From positions 4,996 to 68,995 of the forward strand of contig JAWLEP010000008.1 of the NCBI GenBank assembly GCA_041686025.1: a stretch of 64,000 bases of DNA, given 5' to 3'. The notes under the pieces are model-generated. The model did not search any database. It was given only the letters and a program-made list of their open reading frames with translations, and had not been told where the DNA came from. Position 1 is the first letter of the stretch; each line of letters opens with the position of its first letter. The translations under genes were made by a program, and so were the position numbers. Shown here piece by piece: positions 31,034 to 39,430 of this stretch. The stretch comes from Candidatus Fermentibacteraceae bacterium (GTDB lineage Bacteria; Fermentibacterota; Fermentibacteria; Fermentibacterales; JCC-6).

Positions 31034-32804
31034 CCTGAGCCAGAGATTCGACGGAACGCCGGGCTCGCCCGGAATAGGGATAGGCCCCGCCTTCCTGCTC
31101 AGCGTGGAGGAGCTGCGCATAAGCAGGCGCAACCTCAGCGGCCCGGGGGAGGTGGAGAAGGAGATCAGGAGGTTCGACGCCGCCCTGGAGGATACCAGGG
31201 AGGAGCTCCGTCGCCTCTCGAAGAACGTGGGAGACCTGATCGAGGGCAAGCAGCTGGTGGAGATCCACATGATGCTGCTGGACGATCCCACCATCAGGCG
31301 CGACGTTCAGGACAGGATAATCAACGATCTGGTGAACGCGGAGTACGCAGTCAGCCAGGTGCTCTACGAGGTCCTGGACCGGTTCAGCAGGATGGACGAC
31401 CCCTACATGCGCGAGAGGGCGGCCGATGTCCGGGACGTGGGCCGCAGGGTCATGGCCCAGCTGATGGGCTCGGAGAGGGAGGCCCTGCTCAACCTGGACC
31501 ATCCCGTGGTGCTCATCGGCAGGGACCTCGACCCCTCCGACACGGCGGGCCTGGACCGGGAGAAGGTGCAGGCCTTCGCCACCGACAAGGGCGGGCGGAC
31601 CTCCCATACCGCCATCCTCGCCAGGAGCATAGGAATACCGGCCGTGGTGGGGCTGCGGGAGGTCGCCGAGTACATACAGCCGGGCCAGACGGTGATAGTG
31701 GACGGAATCCACGGCACCGTGATAATCGACCCCGACGACGACCAGCTGCGCTACTACAGCGAGCTGCAGGAGCGGTACCGGGACACCGAGGAGAACATCG
31801 CCCGCAACGCCACCGAGCCGGCGGTCACCGAGGACGGGCACAAGGTTGAGCTGTCGGCCAACATAGAGTTCTCCCAGGAGGCCGATCAGGTCCGCAGGTA
31901 CGGAGGGTGCGGCGTGGGGCTCTTCCGCACCGAGTTCCTCAAGCTGCTGGCGCCGGATGGCGATGACGAGGAGACCCAGTACGCAGCCTACCGCCACGTC
32001 CTGGAGACCCTGTCGCCGGAGCCGGTGATCATCCGCACCTTCGACCTGGGCGGGGACAAGTTCCTCAGCGAGCTGGAGGTGAGCGAGCGCAACCCGTTCC
32101 TGGGCTGGCGGGCGATAAGGGTCTGCCAGGACCGGCCGGAGCTGTTCGAGCCGCAGCTGCGGGCCATACTCAGGGCCTCGGTGCTGGGGAATGCCAGGCT
32201 GATGATACCCATGGTCACCCACGTGGAGCAGGTGGTGTGGATTCGGAAGCAGCTGAGCAGCGTCGCCGACAGGCTGGAGAGCGAGGGCCACAGCGTCGAC
32301 CGGGACATGGAGCTGGGCATCATGGTGGAGACCCCGGCGGCGGCGCTGGGCATCGACCTGCTGCTGCCCTACGTGGACTTCGTCTCCCTGGGCACCAACG
32401 ACCTCACCCAGTACACGCTGGCCGTGGACAGGGGCAGCCCATACGTGGCCAACCTCTTCGACCCTCTCCACCCCACCGTCCTCCGGCAGATAGACCACGT
32501 GGTGAGGGCCTGCCACGCCGCCGGCAAATGGGTGGGCATATGCGGCCAGATGGCGGGAGACCCCCTGGGGGTCCCGCTGCTTCTGGGCTTCGATCTTGAC
32601 GAGCTCAGCGTAGCGCTTACCCTTATTCCCGACGTGAAGCGGATGATACGGGTCATGAGCATGGACGGGGCCAGGGACCTGGCGTCGCGTGCCCTGAAGC
32701 TGGGGTCCGCCCGGCGGATCAGGCGGCTGGTGCTGGACTTCGTCATAGACAGGTACCCGGAGGTACTCCTCGAGACCGTGGAGAACGGCGAGGAGGGGGA
32801 GTGA
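31014..32804 (+). CDS. ptsI: Phosphoenolpyruvate-protein phosphotransferase (PTS enzyme I)
   Basis: GSPGIGIGPAFLL and GGRTSHTAILARSIGIPAVVG (active-site His). C-terminal PEP-utilising domain. Overlaps the ptsH 3' end by 20 nt. Confidence 0.9.
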   Translation: MDSGRNDLSQRFDGTPGSPGIGIGPAFLLSVEELRISRRNLSGPGEVEKEIRRFDAALEDTREELRRLSKNVGDLIEGKQLVEIHMMLLDDPTIRRDVQDRIINDLVNAEYAVSQVLYEVLDRFSRMDDPYMRERAADVRDVGRRVMAQLMGSEREALLNLDHPVVLIGRDLDPSDTAGLDREKVQAFATDKGGRTSHTAILARSIGIPAVVGLREVAEYIQPGQTVIVDGIHGTVIIDPDDDQLRYYSELQERYRDTEENIARNATEPAVTEDGHKVELSANIEFSQEADQVRRYGGCGVGLFRTEFLKLLAPDGDDEETQYAAYRHVLETLSPEPVIIRTFDLGGDKFLSELEVSERNPFLGWRAIRVCQDRPELFEPQLRAILRASVLGNARLMIPMVTHVEQVVWIRKQLSSVADRLESEGHSVDRDMELGIMVETPAAALGIDLLLPYVDFVSLGTNDLTQYTLAVDRGSPYVANLFDPLHPTVLRQIDHVVRACHAAGKWVGICGQMAGDPLGVPLLLGFDLDELSVALTLIPDVKRMIRVMSMDGARDLASRALKLGSARRIRRLVLDFVIDRYPEVLLETVENGEEGE

Positions 32805-32867
32805 CCCCTCCGGCGACCGCCTCCGCCTGAGAGCCCCCGACAACAGCAGCGAATGAGAGGTTGACTC

Positions 32868-33854
32868 ATGCACGCCATAGTACCGGTTGCCGGCAAGGGA
32901 ACCCGAATGCGCCCCCACACATGGTCTCGGCCGAAGCCCCTTCTGGGGGTGGCCGGAAAGCCGATGCTGGCGCACATACTCGACGACCTGGTGGAGGCGG
33001 GCCTGAAGAAGATCTCCCTGGTGGTGGGCTACAGGGGCGACGAGATCGAGAGGTGGGCAGTAGAGCGCTACGGCGGCCGGGCGGAGATATACTGCCCCCG
33101 GCAGGAGACCATGGACGGCCTGGCCTCGGCCATCGCCCTGGCAGAGCCCAACGTGGGGGAGGAGAAGGCCTTCGTGGTGCTGGGGGACACCATCTTCCGG
33201 GCCGACCTGGAGGGCCTCCTGCGGAGCCGGCGCAACATGATATGCGCCATGAAGGTGGAGGATCCCCGCCGCTTCGGCGTGGTGGTGATGGAGGACGACA
33301 GGGTGGTGCGCCTGGTGGAGAAGCCCCGGGAGTTCGTCAGCGACCTGGCCATCGTGGGGCTGTACCTGTTCCAGAGCGCCCCCCGGCTGATGTCGGCCAT
33401 CCACGCGCTGGTGGAGAGCGGAAAGCGCACCAGGGGCGAGTTCCAGCTCACCGACGCCATGCAGATCATGCTGGAGCGGGGAGAGGAGTTCGGGACCTTC
33501 GAGATAGACGGCTGGTACGACTGCGGCAAGCCGGAGACCCTTCTGCAGACCAACCGGGACCTGCTGGAGCGCGCCGGCGGCGCCAGGCGAGCCACCGAGG
33601 ACGGCGCGGTCATCATCGAGCCGGTGCACCTGGAGGCCGGAGCCGTGATCCGCAGGTCCGTTGTGGGGCCCGCCGTCTCGGTTGCCAGGGACGCCGTGGT
33701 GGAGGACTCGGTGGTCTCCAACTCCATACTGGACGCCGGCTGCCGGGTAAGCGGCGCCCGGCTGGACGGCTCCATCGTGGGCATGCGGGCCGAGGTCAGG
33801 GGCCGGGCCGCCGGTCTGAGCGTGGGCGACGACTCGGTGGTGGAGCTGGGCTGA
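32868..33854 (+). CDS. Sugar-1-phosphate nucleotidyltransferase with C-terminal left-handed beta-helix
   Basis: MHAIVPVAGKGTRMRP...KPLL signature of glucose-1-phosphate thymidylyl/uridylyltransferases. C-terminal hexapeptide-repeat-like region. Confidence 0.8.
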   Translation: MHAIVPVAGKGTRMRPHTWSRPKPLLGVAGKPMLAHILDDLVEAGLKKISLVVGYRGDEIERWAVERYGGRAEIYCPRQETMDGLASAIALAEPNVGEEKAFVVLGDTIFRADLEGLLRSRRNMICAMKVEDPRRFGVVVMEDDRVVRLVEKPREFVSDLAIVGLYLFQSAPRLMSAIHALVESGKRTRGEFQLTDAMQIMLERGEEFGTFEIDGWYDCGKPETLLQTNRDLLERAGGARRATEDGAVIIEPVHLEAGAVIRRSVVGPAVSVARDAVVEDSVVSNSILDAGCRVSGARLDGSIVGMRAEVRGRAAGLSVGDDSVVELG

Positions 33855-33877
33855 CCGCCCTTGCGGGAGGGGATCTG

Positions 33878-34945
33878 TTGTCGAAGAGCGCCCGGCGGGG
33901 AGACTGTCTCGTATACGGTTCCGCCCTGGTCCACCGGGGCGGAACGGGCGTCTACCTGCGCCGGCTGCTGCGGGGCCTGGGCGCGGAGGATGCCCCCGTG
34001 GGCGTGGTCTCCCCCCGGGGGGTCCTGAGACCGGATGAGGCCCTGGAGTTCCGGGGCTGGCCCCGCGGGCCGCGAAAGCTGGTGTTCGACTACCTGTCCG
34101 CCCCCCGCATCGCCGGGGGGGCCGGGGCGGGCGCGGTTCACCTGCCCGCCTTCGCCGGCCGTCCGCCGCGGGTAACCCCCTGCGTGGTTACAGTCCATGA
34201 CATGGCCTACCTGGCCCGGCCCTCCTGGTTCCCGCCCCTGCGGTCGCTCTACTACCGGCTGCTGTTCACCCGCGTGGCCCGCGCCGCCGACCTGGTCATG
34301 ACCGACAGCGGCTTCACCGGCCGGGAGGCGGTGCGGCTGGCGGGGGTGGACCCCGGGAGGATCAGGACGGTGCACCTCTGCGCAGACAACTCCGCAGCGG
34401 ACCCCGCTCCCCTGCTGGACAGGCTGGGGCTGGAAGCCGGCTACCTCCTCTGCGTGGGGACCGTGGAGCCCCGAAAGAACCTGCCCGCCCTCCTTGATGC
34501 CCTGCGGATCCTGCGGGAGCAGGGGCGCGACATCGGGCTGCTGGTTGCCGGAAGGTGGGGATGGGGCAGCGCAGCCCTCCGCCGCAGGCTCTCCTCCCAG
34601 CCGGGGGTGCTGTGGGCCGGCCCCCTGGACCGCCGGGACCTGGAGCGGGCCTACTGCGGCGCTTCCCTGCTGGTGTACCCCTCGCTGTACGAGGGGTTCG
34701 GCCTTCCGCCCCTGGAGGCCGCCAGGGCGGGCGTGGCCAGCGTGGTGGGCCCCGCGGAGGCGCTGCGAGAGGTATACGCCGGCGCCGCCTTCCACTCCGC
34801 CGGCGATCCGGCGTCCCTGGCGGAGACCGTGGCGGAGGCGCTGGAGTCGCCGGCTCCGGCGGGGATGCAGGACCTGGCGGAGAGGCTGACCTGCCGGCGG
34901 ATGGCGCGGAAGGTGGCGGACGTCTACTCGGAGCTGCTGCGGTGA
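33878..34945 (+). CDS. Glycosyltransferase family 4
   Basis: TTG start. C-terminal LLVYPSLYEGFGLPPLEAARAGVASVV. Confidence 0.75.
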   Translation: MSKSARRGDCLVYGSALVHRGGTGVYLRRLLRGLGAEDAPVGVVSPRGVLRPDEALEFRGWPRGPRKLVFDYLSAPRIAGGAGAGAVHLPAFAGRPPRVTPCVVTVHDMAYLARPSWFPPLRSLYYRLLFTRVARAADLVMTDSGFTGREAVRLAGVDPGRIRTVHLCADNSAADPAPLLDRLGLEAGYLLCVGTVEPRKNLPALLDALRILREQGRDIGLLVAGRWGWGSAALRRRLSSQPGVLWAGPLDRRDLERAYCGASLLVYPSLYEGFGLPPLEAARAGVASVVGPAEALREVYAGAAFHSAGDPASLAETVAEALESPAPAGMQDLAERLTCRRMARKVADVYSELLR

Positions 34946-36009
34946 GGGTACTGGAGGTATACAAGGGGCTGTATCCCGGAGTGAAGGGCGGAATCGAGCG
35001 CTACGTCCACGACCTGGGCGCGTACCTGGCCCGCCGGGGTCACGGGGTGGAGGTGATGGTGCCCGGCGGCCGCCGGGGGGGGGAGAGCGTCTCCCTGGAG
35101 GGGATGACGGTCACTACGGTTCCCGGGCTGGCCACTGTGCTCTCCAACCCCATCACGCCGGGCTTCGGGCTGAGGCTGCGCCGCAGCCGGGCCGACATCC
35201 TTCACTTCCACCTCCCCCTTCCCACGGCCGTACTCTCCTGGAGCCTCTGGGGCGACGGCCGCCCCTTCGTGGTTACCTACCACAGCGACATAGTGAGGCA
35301 GAGGACGCTGCTTCCCCTCTACGGCCCCCTGCTGCGCAGGTTCCTACGCCGGGCCTCCAGGGTGCTGGCCACCTCCCCCGTCTACGCGGCCTCATCGCCC
35401 TTCCTGGCGGGGCTGCCCAACGTCTCCGTGGTCCCCATAGGCGTGGACACCTCCAGGTTCAGCCCCGGGCCCGGGGAGGAGGGCGACTTCTTCCTCTTCG
35501 TGGGGCGTTTCCGCGGCTACAAGGGGATTCACGTCCTCCTGGACGCCTGGAGCCGACTTCCGGACACCAGGCTGGTGATGGTGGGGGGGGGGCCGCTGGA
35601 GGGGGAGGTACGCTCCCGGGTGGAGCGGGAGGGGCTGCAGGTGGAGATGGCCGGCACCGTCGACGACGCCGGGCTGCTGCGCCTCTACCGGGGAGCCAGG
35701 GCCCTGGTTCTCCCCTCCACTCACCGCAGCGAGGCCTACGGCATGGTGCAGCTGGAGGCCATGGCCTGCGGGACCCCCGTGATCAGCACGGCCCTGGATA
35801 CCGGCGTCAGATGGGTGAACAGGGACGGGGAGACCGGGCTGATCGTACCCCCCGGCGACCCGGAGGCCCTGGCCGCCGCGGTGCGCCGCATGGCCGACGA
35901 CCAGCTGCGGGAGAGGCTCTCCCGGCAGGCCCTGGCCCGGGCCGGCGGGGAGCTGGAGGCCTCCAGGACCTTTTCCATGGTGGAGCGGGCCATGGAGGTT
36001 TCCCTGTGA
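34942..36009 (+). CDS. Glycosyltransferase family 4
   Basis: GTG start overlapping the upstream TGA. LVLPSTHRSEAYGMVQLEAMACGTPVIST. Confidence 0.8.
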   Translation: MRVLEVYKGLYPGVKGGIERYVHDLGAYLARRGHGVEVMVPGGRRGGESVSLEGMTVTTVPGLATVLSNPITPGFGLRLRRSRADILHFHLPLPTAVLSWSLWGDGRPFVVTYHSDIVRQRTLLPLYGPLLRRFLRRASRVLATSPVYAASSPFLAGLPNVSVVPIGVDTSRFSPGPGEEGDFFLFVGRFRGYKGIHVLLDAWSRLPDTRLVMVGGGPLEGEVRSRVEREGLQVEMAGTVDDAGLLRLYRGARALVLPSTHRSEAYGMVQLEAMACGTPVISTALDTGVRWVNRDGETGLIVPPGDPEALAAAVRRMADDQLRERLSRQALARAGGELEASRTFSMVERAMEVSL

Positions 36010-36536
36010 CCGCCAGGGCCAGGGAAGCGGCGCTGCTGGCGCTGCTGGCGGTGGCCCTGGGGACGCTGGAGGGGCTGGTGCCCAGGCCCGTTCCCTTCCT
36101 GAAGCTGGGCCTGGCCAACGCGGCGGTGATACTGGCCCTGGTCAGGCTGGGAGCGGCCGGCGCCGCCGTGGTGACCGGGGTCCGGGTGGCCGGCGTGGGG
36201 CTGGCCACCGGAGTGCTGGCCACGCCGTCGTTCGCCCTTTCGGCGTCCGGGGCGCTGGCCTCCCTGGCGGTGATGGGCCTGCTGTGCCATCTGCGGCCGG
36301 GGGCGGTGTCGGTGGTGGGCATCTCGGTAGCCGGAGGGGAGGCCAGCATGCTGGGCCAGCTGGGCGCGGCGGCGCTGATCCTCCCCGAGCTGCCGCTGCG
36401 AAGCCTGGCGGCTCCGGCGGTGGCCTGGGGATGCGTCTCGGGAGCCCTGGTGGGCGTAGCTGCGAACTGGCTTCTGCGGCGGGGCAGGCTGGAATCGGCC
36501 CTGGACAGACTTGCCCGAGGGGCGTCCGAGGGCTAA
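36006..36536 (+). CDS. Small polytopic membrane protein (Gx-transporter/heptaprenyl diphosphate synthase component I-like)
   Basis: GTG start overlapping the upstream stop. About 5 TM helices with Gly/Ala-rich hydrophobic segments. Family assignment is tentative. Confidence 0.4.
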   Translation: MTARAREAALLALLAVALGTLEGLVPRPVPFLKLGLANAAVILALVRLGAAGAAVVTGVRVAGVGLATGVLATPSFALSASGALASLAVMGLLCHLRPGAVSVVGISVAGGEASMLGQLGAAALILPELPLRSLAAPAVAWGCVSGALVGVAANWLLRRGRLESALDRLARGASEG

Positions 36537-36562
36537 TATTGCGCTCCTGAGCGGGGGAGGAT

Positions 36563-36835
36563 ATGCTTCACAGCAAGCCTGCCGGCTTCTGGGTGTTCCT
36601 GGCCCTTGCCGGCATGATAACGGGAACGATAGCGGGAGAGGCCCTGGGCGCGGTGCTTCCCGACAGCTCCGCCACCCTGCGGACCTTCTTCTCCGGCTCC
36701 CTTGACCTCTCCCTGGGACCTGTAAGATTTGATATTGTGGTACTGAGGTTCGGACTGCAGGAGATCGGGATCAAGCTGAACGTGATGAGCTTCGTGGGCC
36801 TGGTCCTGGTCGGTTACCTGTACAGGTGGTTCTGA
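36563..36835 (+). CDS. DUF4321-like small membrane protein
   Basis: 90 aa with two TM helices. The sequence pattern resembles DUF4321 proteins. Confidence 0.45.
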   Translation: MLHSKPAGFWVFLALAGMITGTIAGEALGAVLPDSSATLRTFFSGSLDLSLGPVRFDIVVLRFGLQEIGIKLNVMSFVGLVLVGYLYRWF

Positions 36836-36879
36836 CATCCTCCGGATGGCGGAGGACGGTCCGTTGGAAAGGGCGTGCC

Positions 36880-37164
36880 ATGGGTAGGCTGGGCACCTGG
36901 GAGCTGATAGTAATCGTGCTGGGCCTTCTTCTGCTCTTCGGAGCGAAGAGGATCCCGGAGATAGCGAGGTCCCTGGGGCAGGCCCTGAACCAGTTCAAGC
37001 GGGGTATGAAGGACGCGTCCCTGGATGACGAGTCCGGGGACGACGAGGACTCCGGCAGGATACAGGGCCCGCCTGAGGGGAGGACCGACACGGCGCACCG
37101 CAGCGATGCAGCCGCCGACGGGGAGAAGCCGGGCGACAGGAGAGGCGAAGGAGAGGATCGCTAG
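36880..37164 (+). CDS. tatA: Twin-arginine translocase subunit TatA/E
   Basis: MGRLGTWELIVIVLGLLLLFGAKRIPEIARSLGQA is a canonical TatA N-terminus (TM helix plus amphipathic helix), followed by an acidic tail. Start chosen at the internal ATG. Confidence 0.85.
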   Translation: MGRLGTWELIVIVLGLLLLFGAKRIPEIARSLGQALNQFKRGMKDASLDDESGDDEDSGRIQGPPEGRTDTAHRSDAAADGEKPGDRRGEGEDR

Positions 37165-37767
37165 ATGGCCACCGTCAGCTACAGCGCCAGGGAGATAGAC
37201 TGCAAGCTCGTCTACTGCGGCCCTGGCCTTTCCGGGAAGACCACCAACGTGAAGCACATCTACAGCCGCGTTTCCTCGGACTCCCGGGGAAAGCTCATCT
37301 CGCTGGCGGCGGGCAACGAGCGTACGCTCTTCTTCGACTTTCTGCCGGTTGACACCGGAGAGATAAACGGGTTCCGGGTCCGGCTCCATCTCTACAGCGT
37401 TCCCGGCCAGGCCATGTACACAGACAGCCGCAAGCTGATCCTTCAGGGGGTGGACGGCATCGTCTTCGTCGCCGACTCCCAGCGGGACAGGATGGAGGCC
37501 AACATAGCCAGCCTTCGCGACCTCAAGGAGAACCTGACCCTCCAGAAGCGCAAGGGCGTGAGCGTCGTTCTGCAGTGCAACAAGAGAGACCTGCCCGACA
37601 TACTTCCTGTGGATGAGATAAGGGAGGGCCTGGGGCTCACCAGGGTTCCCTGCATAGCCTCCGTGGCCACCGAGGGCATGGGGGTCTTCGAGACTCTGCG
37701 AAAGGTGAGCAGGATGGTTCTGGCCAGGCTCAACAAGCAGTTCGAGAGCATACAGGGCAGGGCATGA
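37165..37767 (+). CDS. mglA: MglA-type Ras-like small GTPase
   Basis: High similarity to Myxococcus MglA along the whole length: P-loop GPGLSGKTT, intrinsic Arg (ERTLFFDF), catalytic PGQ, and NKRDL. ATG immediately follows the tatA stop. Confidence 0.9.
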   Translation: MATVSYSAREIDCKLVYCGPGLSGKTTNVKHIYSRVSSDSRGKLISLAAGNERTLFFDFLPVDTGEINGFRVRLHLYSVPGQAMYTDSRKLILQGVDGIVFVADSQRDRMEANIASLRDLKENLTLQKRKGVSVVLQCNKRDLPDILPVDEIREGLGLTRVPCIASVATEGMGVFETLRKVSRMVLARLNKQFESIQGRA

Positions 37768-39371
37768 TGAGTGACGAGGGGCTTGTAGACATCCTCCTGG
37801 TCCGCCTGGGGCGGGACGAGGAGAAGGAACGGGTGAAGAGCCTTCTCATCAAGGAGCTGGGCTTCTCCGAGGAGGAGGCCGAGCAGGCTGTGGCCAAGAC
37901 CCCGAACATGATCCGGAAGGCCGTTCCCATGGGAAAGGGGAGGGTCATTCAGAACCGGCTCTATCCCTACATAGACCTGCTTCCCAGAATGGACCTGGTC
38001 GATGATGACGACGAGGCCGCCGAGGAAGAGACCGAAGGGGCCGGGCCGGAGCAGGATGAGGCCCGGCCAGCCGCCGAGGAAGAGCCCGTGGAGGAACCGG
38101 AAGGTGAAGGGGAGGTCGAGCAGGAGGTCCCCGGCCTGCAGACCGCCGCCACCGCCGTGATGGACGCCGGATTCTCCGAGGAGGGGACGGGGGGGGAGAC
38201 CGCCCCTGAAGCCGAGCCCGAGCCGCAGCCGGAGGAGAAGAGAGACGAGGACGAGGATCTGGAGCTCGAGGACGAATACGCGCCGCCCCCGCCTCCCGAG
38301 GAGACCGAAGAGGAACCCGCGAAGGAGTCGGAGGGCATGGTGGTCACCTCCGCCGCCGAGGAGATGCGGCAGATCGAGAGGTGCCACATCTGCGGCCGCA
38401 CCCCCACCGACGGCGAGAGGCTGGCCCCCTGCAGATCCTGCGGGGAGCTCACCTGCCGCGACTGCTTCGACAGGATGGCCCACGTCTGCAAGAAGTGCGC
38501 CGCCGCCGGCAAGTTCGTGGACAAGCCACCCCAGCGCAGGCAGAAGACCCGGCCGCAGCCCGGGGCCTCTGCCGGAAAGCCGGCACCCGCCGCAGCCTCC
38601 GGCGGAGGCGGGGGCTACAACAGGAACCTCCTGGTGGGCATCGCCGCCGCCCTGGTTGTTCTGGTGCTGCTTGCAGTGGGCTACTTCGTGGACCCGCTGG
38701 GCATTTTCTCCGACGGCTCGGCATCCACCCCGGCTGCCGGGGGTGCCGGACCGGCCGACTCGCTGCCGGCCGTCGCCGATACGGCATCCGTGGACACCTC
38801 GTCGGCCGTGGCGGCGGACACCGCCGCCACCGACTCCCTGGCCTCCGCCGAACCCGCCGGAGAGCCGGGGCCCCTCAACCTGGCCGCGGCCAGGCTGGAT
38901 TCCTCGGCCTCCCTGGCGGACCCCGCCGAGGTTCCGCTGATCACGTCCCCTGGCGTACGCGGACTGGACATACTTGACGAGGACCTCGAGGCCATCGCCG
39001 GTGACATCGGCAGGGTCGCCTCTTCCGCCTCCATCGACGTGGACGCGGCAACCCTCTTCAGGACCGAGAGCGGAATAAGCGTTCTGGCGCTATCCATACT
39101 GCATCCCGAGGAGGATACCCGTCGCTACGCCCTTCTGCGGGGCCTGGGACATTACCTGGTGCCCACCGGGGTGGACGAGCTGGTCTTCTACTACCGTGAG
39201 AACCAGTACTACGACGCCCGGGTGGTGCCCTACCTGAACTCCAGCTTCCCGGACCTCTCGCAGGCCACGGGCCCCATGGAGTTCCAGGAGCTGACGGGCT
39301 GTTCCAGCGCCGAGCAGTGGGAGCTGCTCGATGGCGAGGTCCGCGACTGGCTCACTTCCGTTCAGCGCTGA
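37764..39371 (+). CDS. Hypothetical single-pass membrane protein with N-terminal domain, long acidic E/P-rich linker, Cys4 zinc ribbon and C-terminal extracytoplasmic domain
   Basis: ATGATG overlap with the mglA stop. CHICG...CRSCG...CRDC...CKKC zinc ribbon, TM helix LLVGIAAALVVLVLLAVGYFV, and a structured C-terminal ~230 aa domain. No family recognised. Confidence 0.6.
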   Translation: MMSDEGLVDILLVRLGRDEEKERVKSLLIKELGFSEEEAEQAVAKTPNMIRKAVPMGKGRVIQNRLYPYIDLLPRMDLVDDDDEAAEEETEGAGPEQDEARPAAEEEPVEEPEGEGEVEQEVPGLQTAATAVMDAGFSEEGTGGETAPEAEPEPQPEEKRDEDEDLELEDEYAPPPPPEETEEEPAKESEGMVVTSAAEEMRQIERCHICGRTPTDGERLAPCRSCGELTCRDCFDRMAHVCKKCAAAGKFVDKPPQRRQKTRPQPGASAGKPAPAAASGGGGGYNRNLLVGIAAALVVLVLLAVGYFVDPLGIFSDGSASTPAAGGAGPADSLPAVADTASVDTSSAVAADTAATDSLASAEPAGEPGPLNLAAARLDSSASLADPAEVPLITSPGVRGLDILDEDLEAIAGDIGRVASSASIDVDAATLFRTESGISVLALSILHPEEDTRRYALLRGLGHYLVPTGVDELVFYYRENQYYDARVVPYLNSSFPDLSQATGPMEFQELTGCSSAEQWELLDGEVRDWLTSVQR

Positions 39372-39430
39372 GAGCGCCCCGCATGAGACCGCCTGTGACA
39401 TCTCACCCCTGCTGAGGTTGTATGTGCCCT

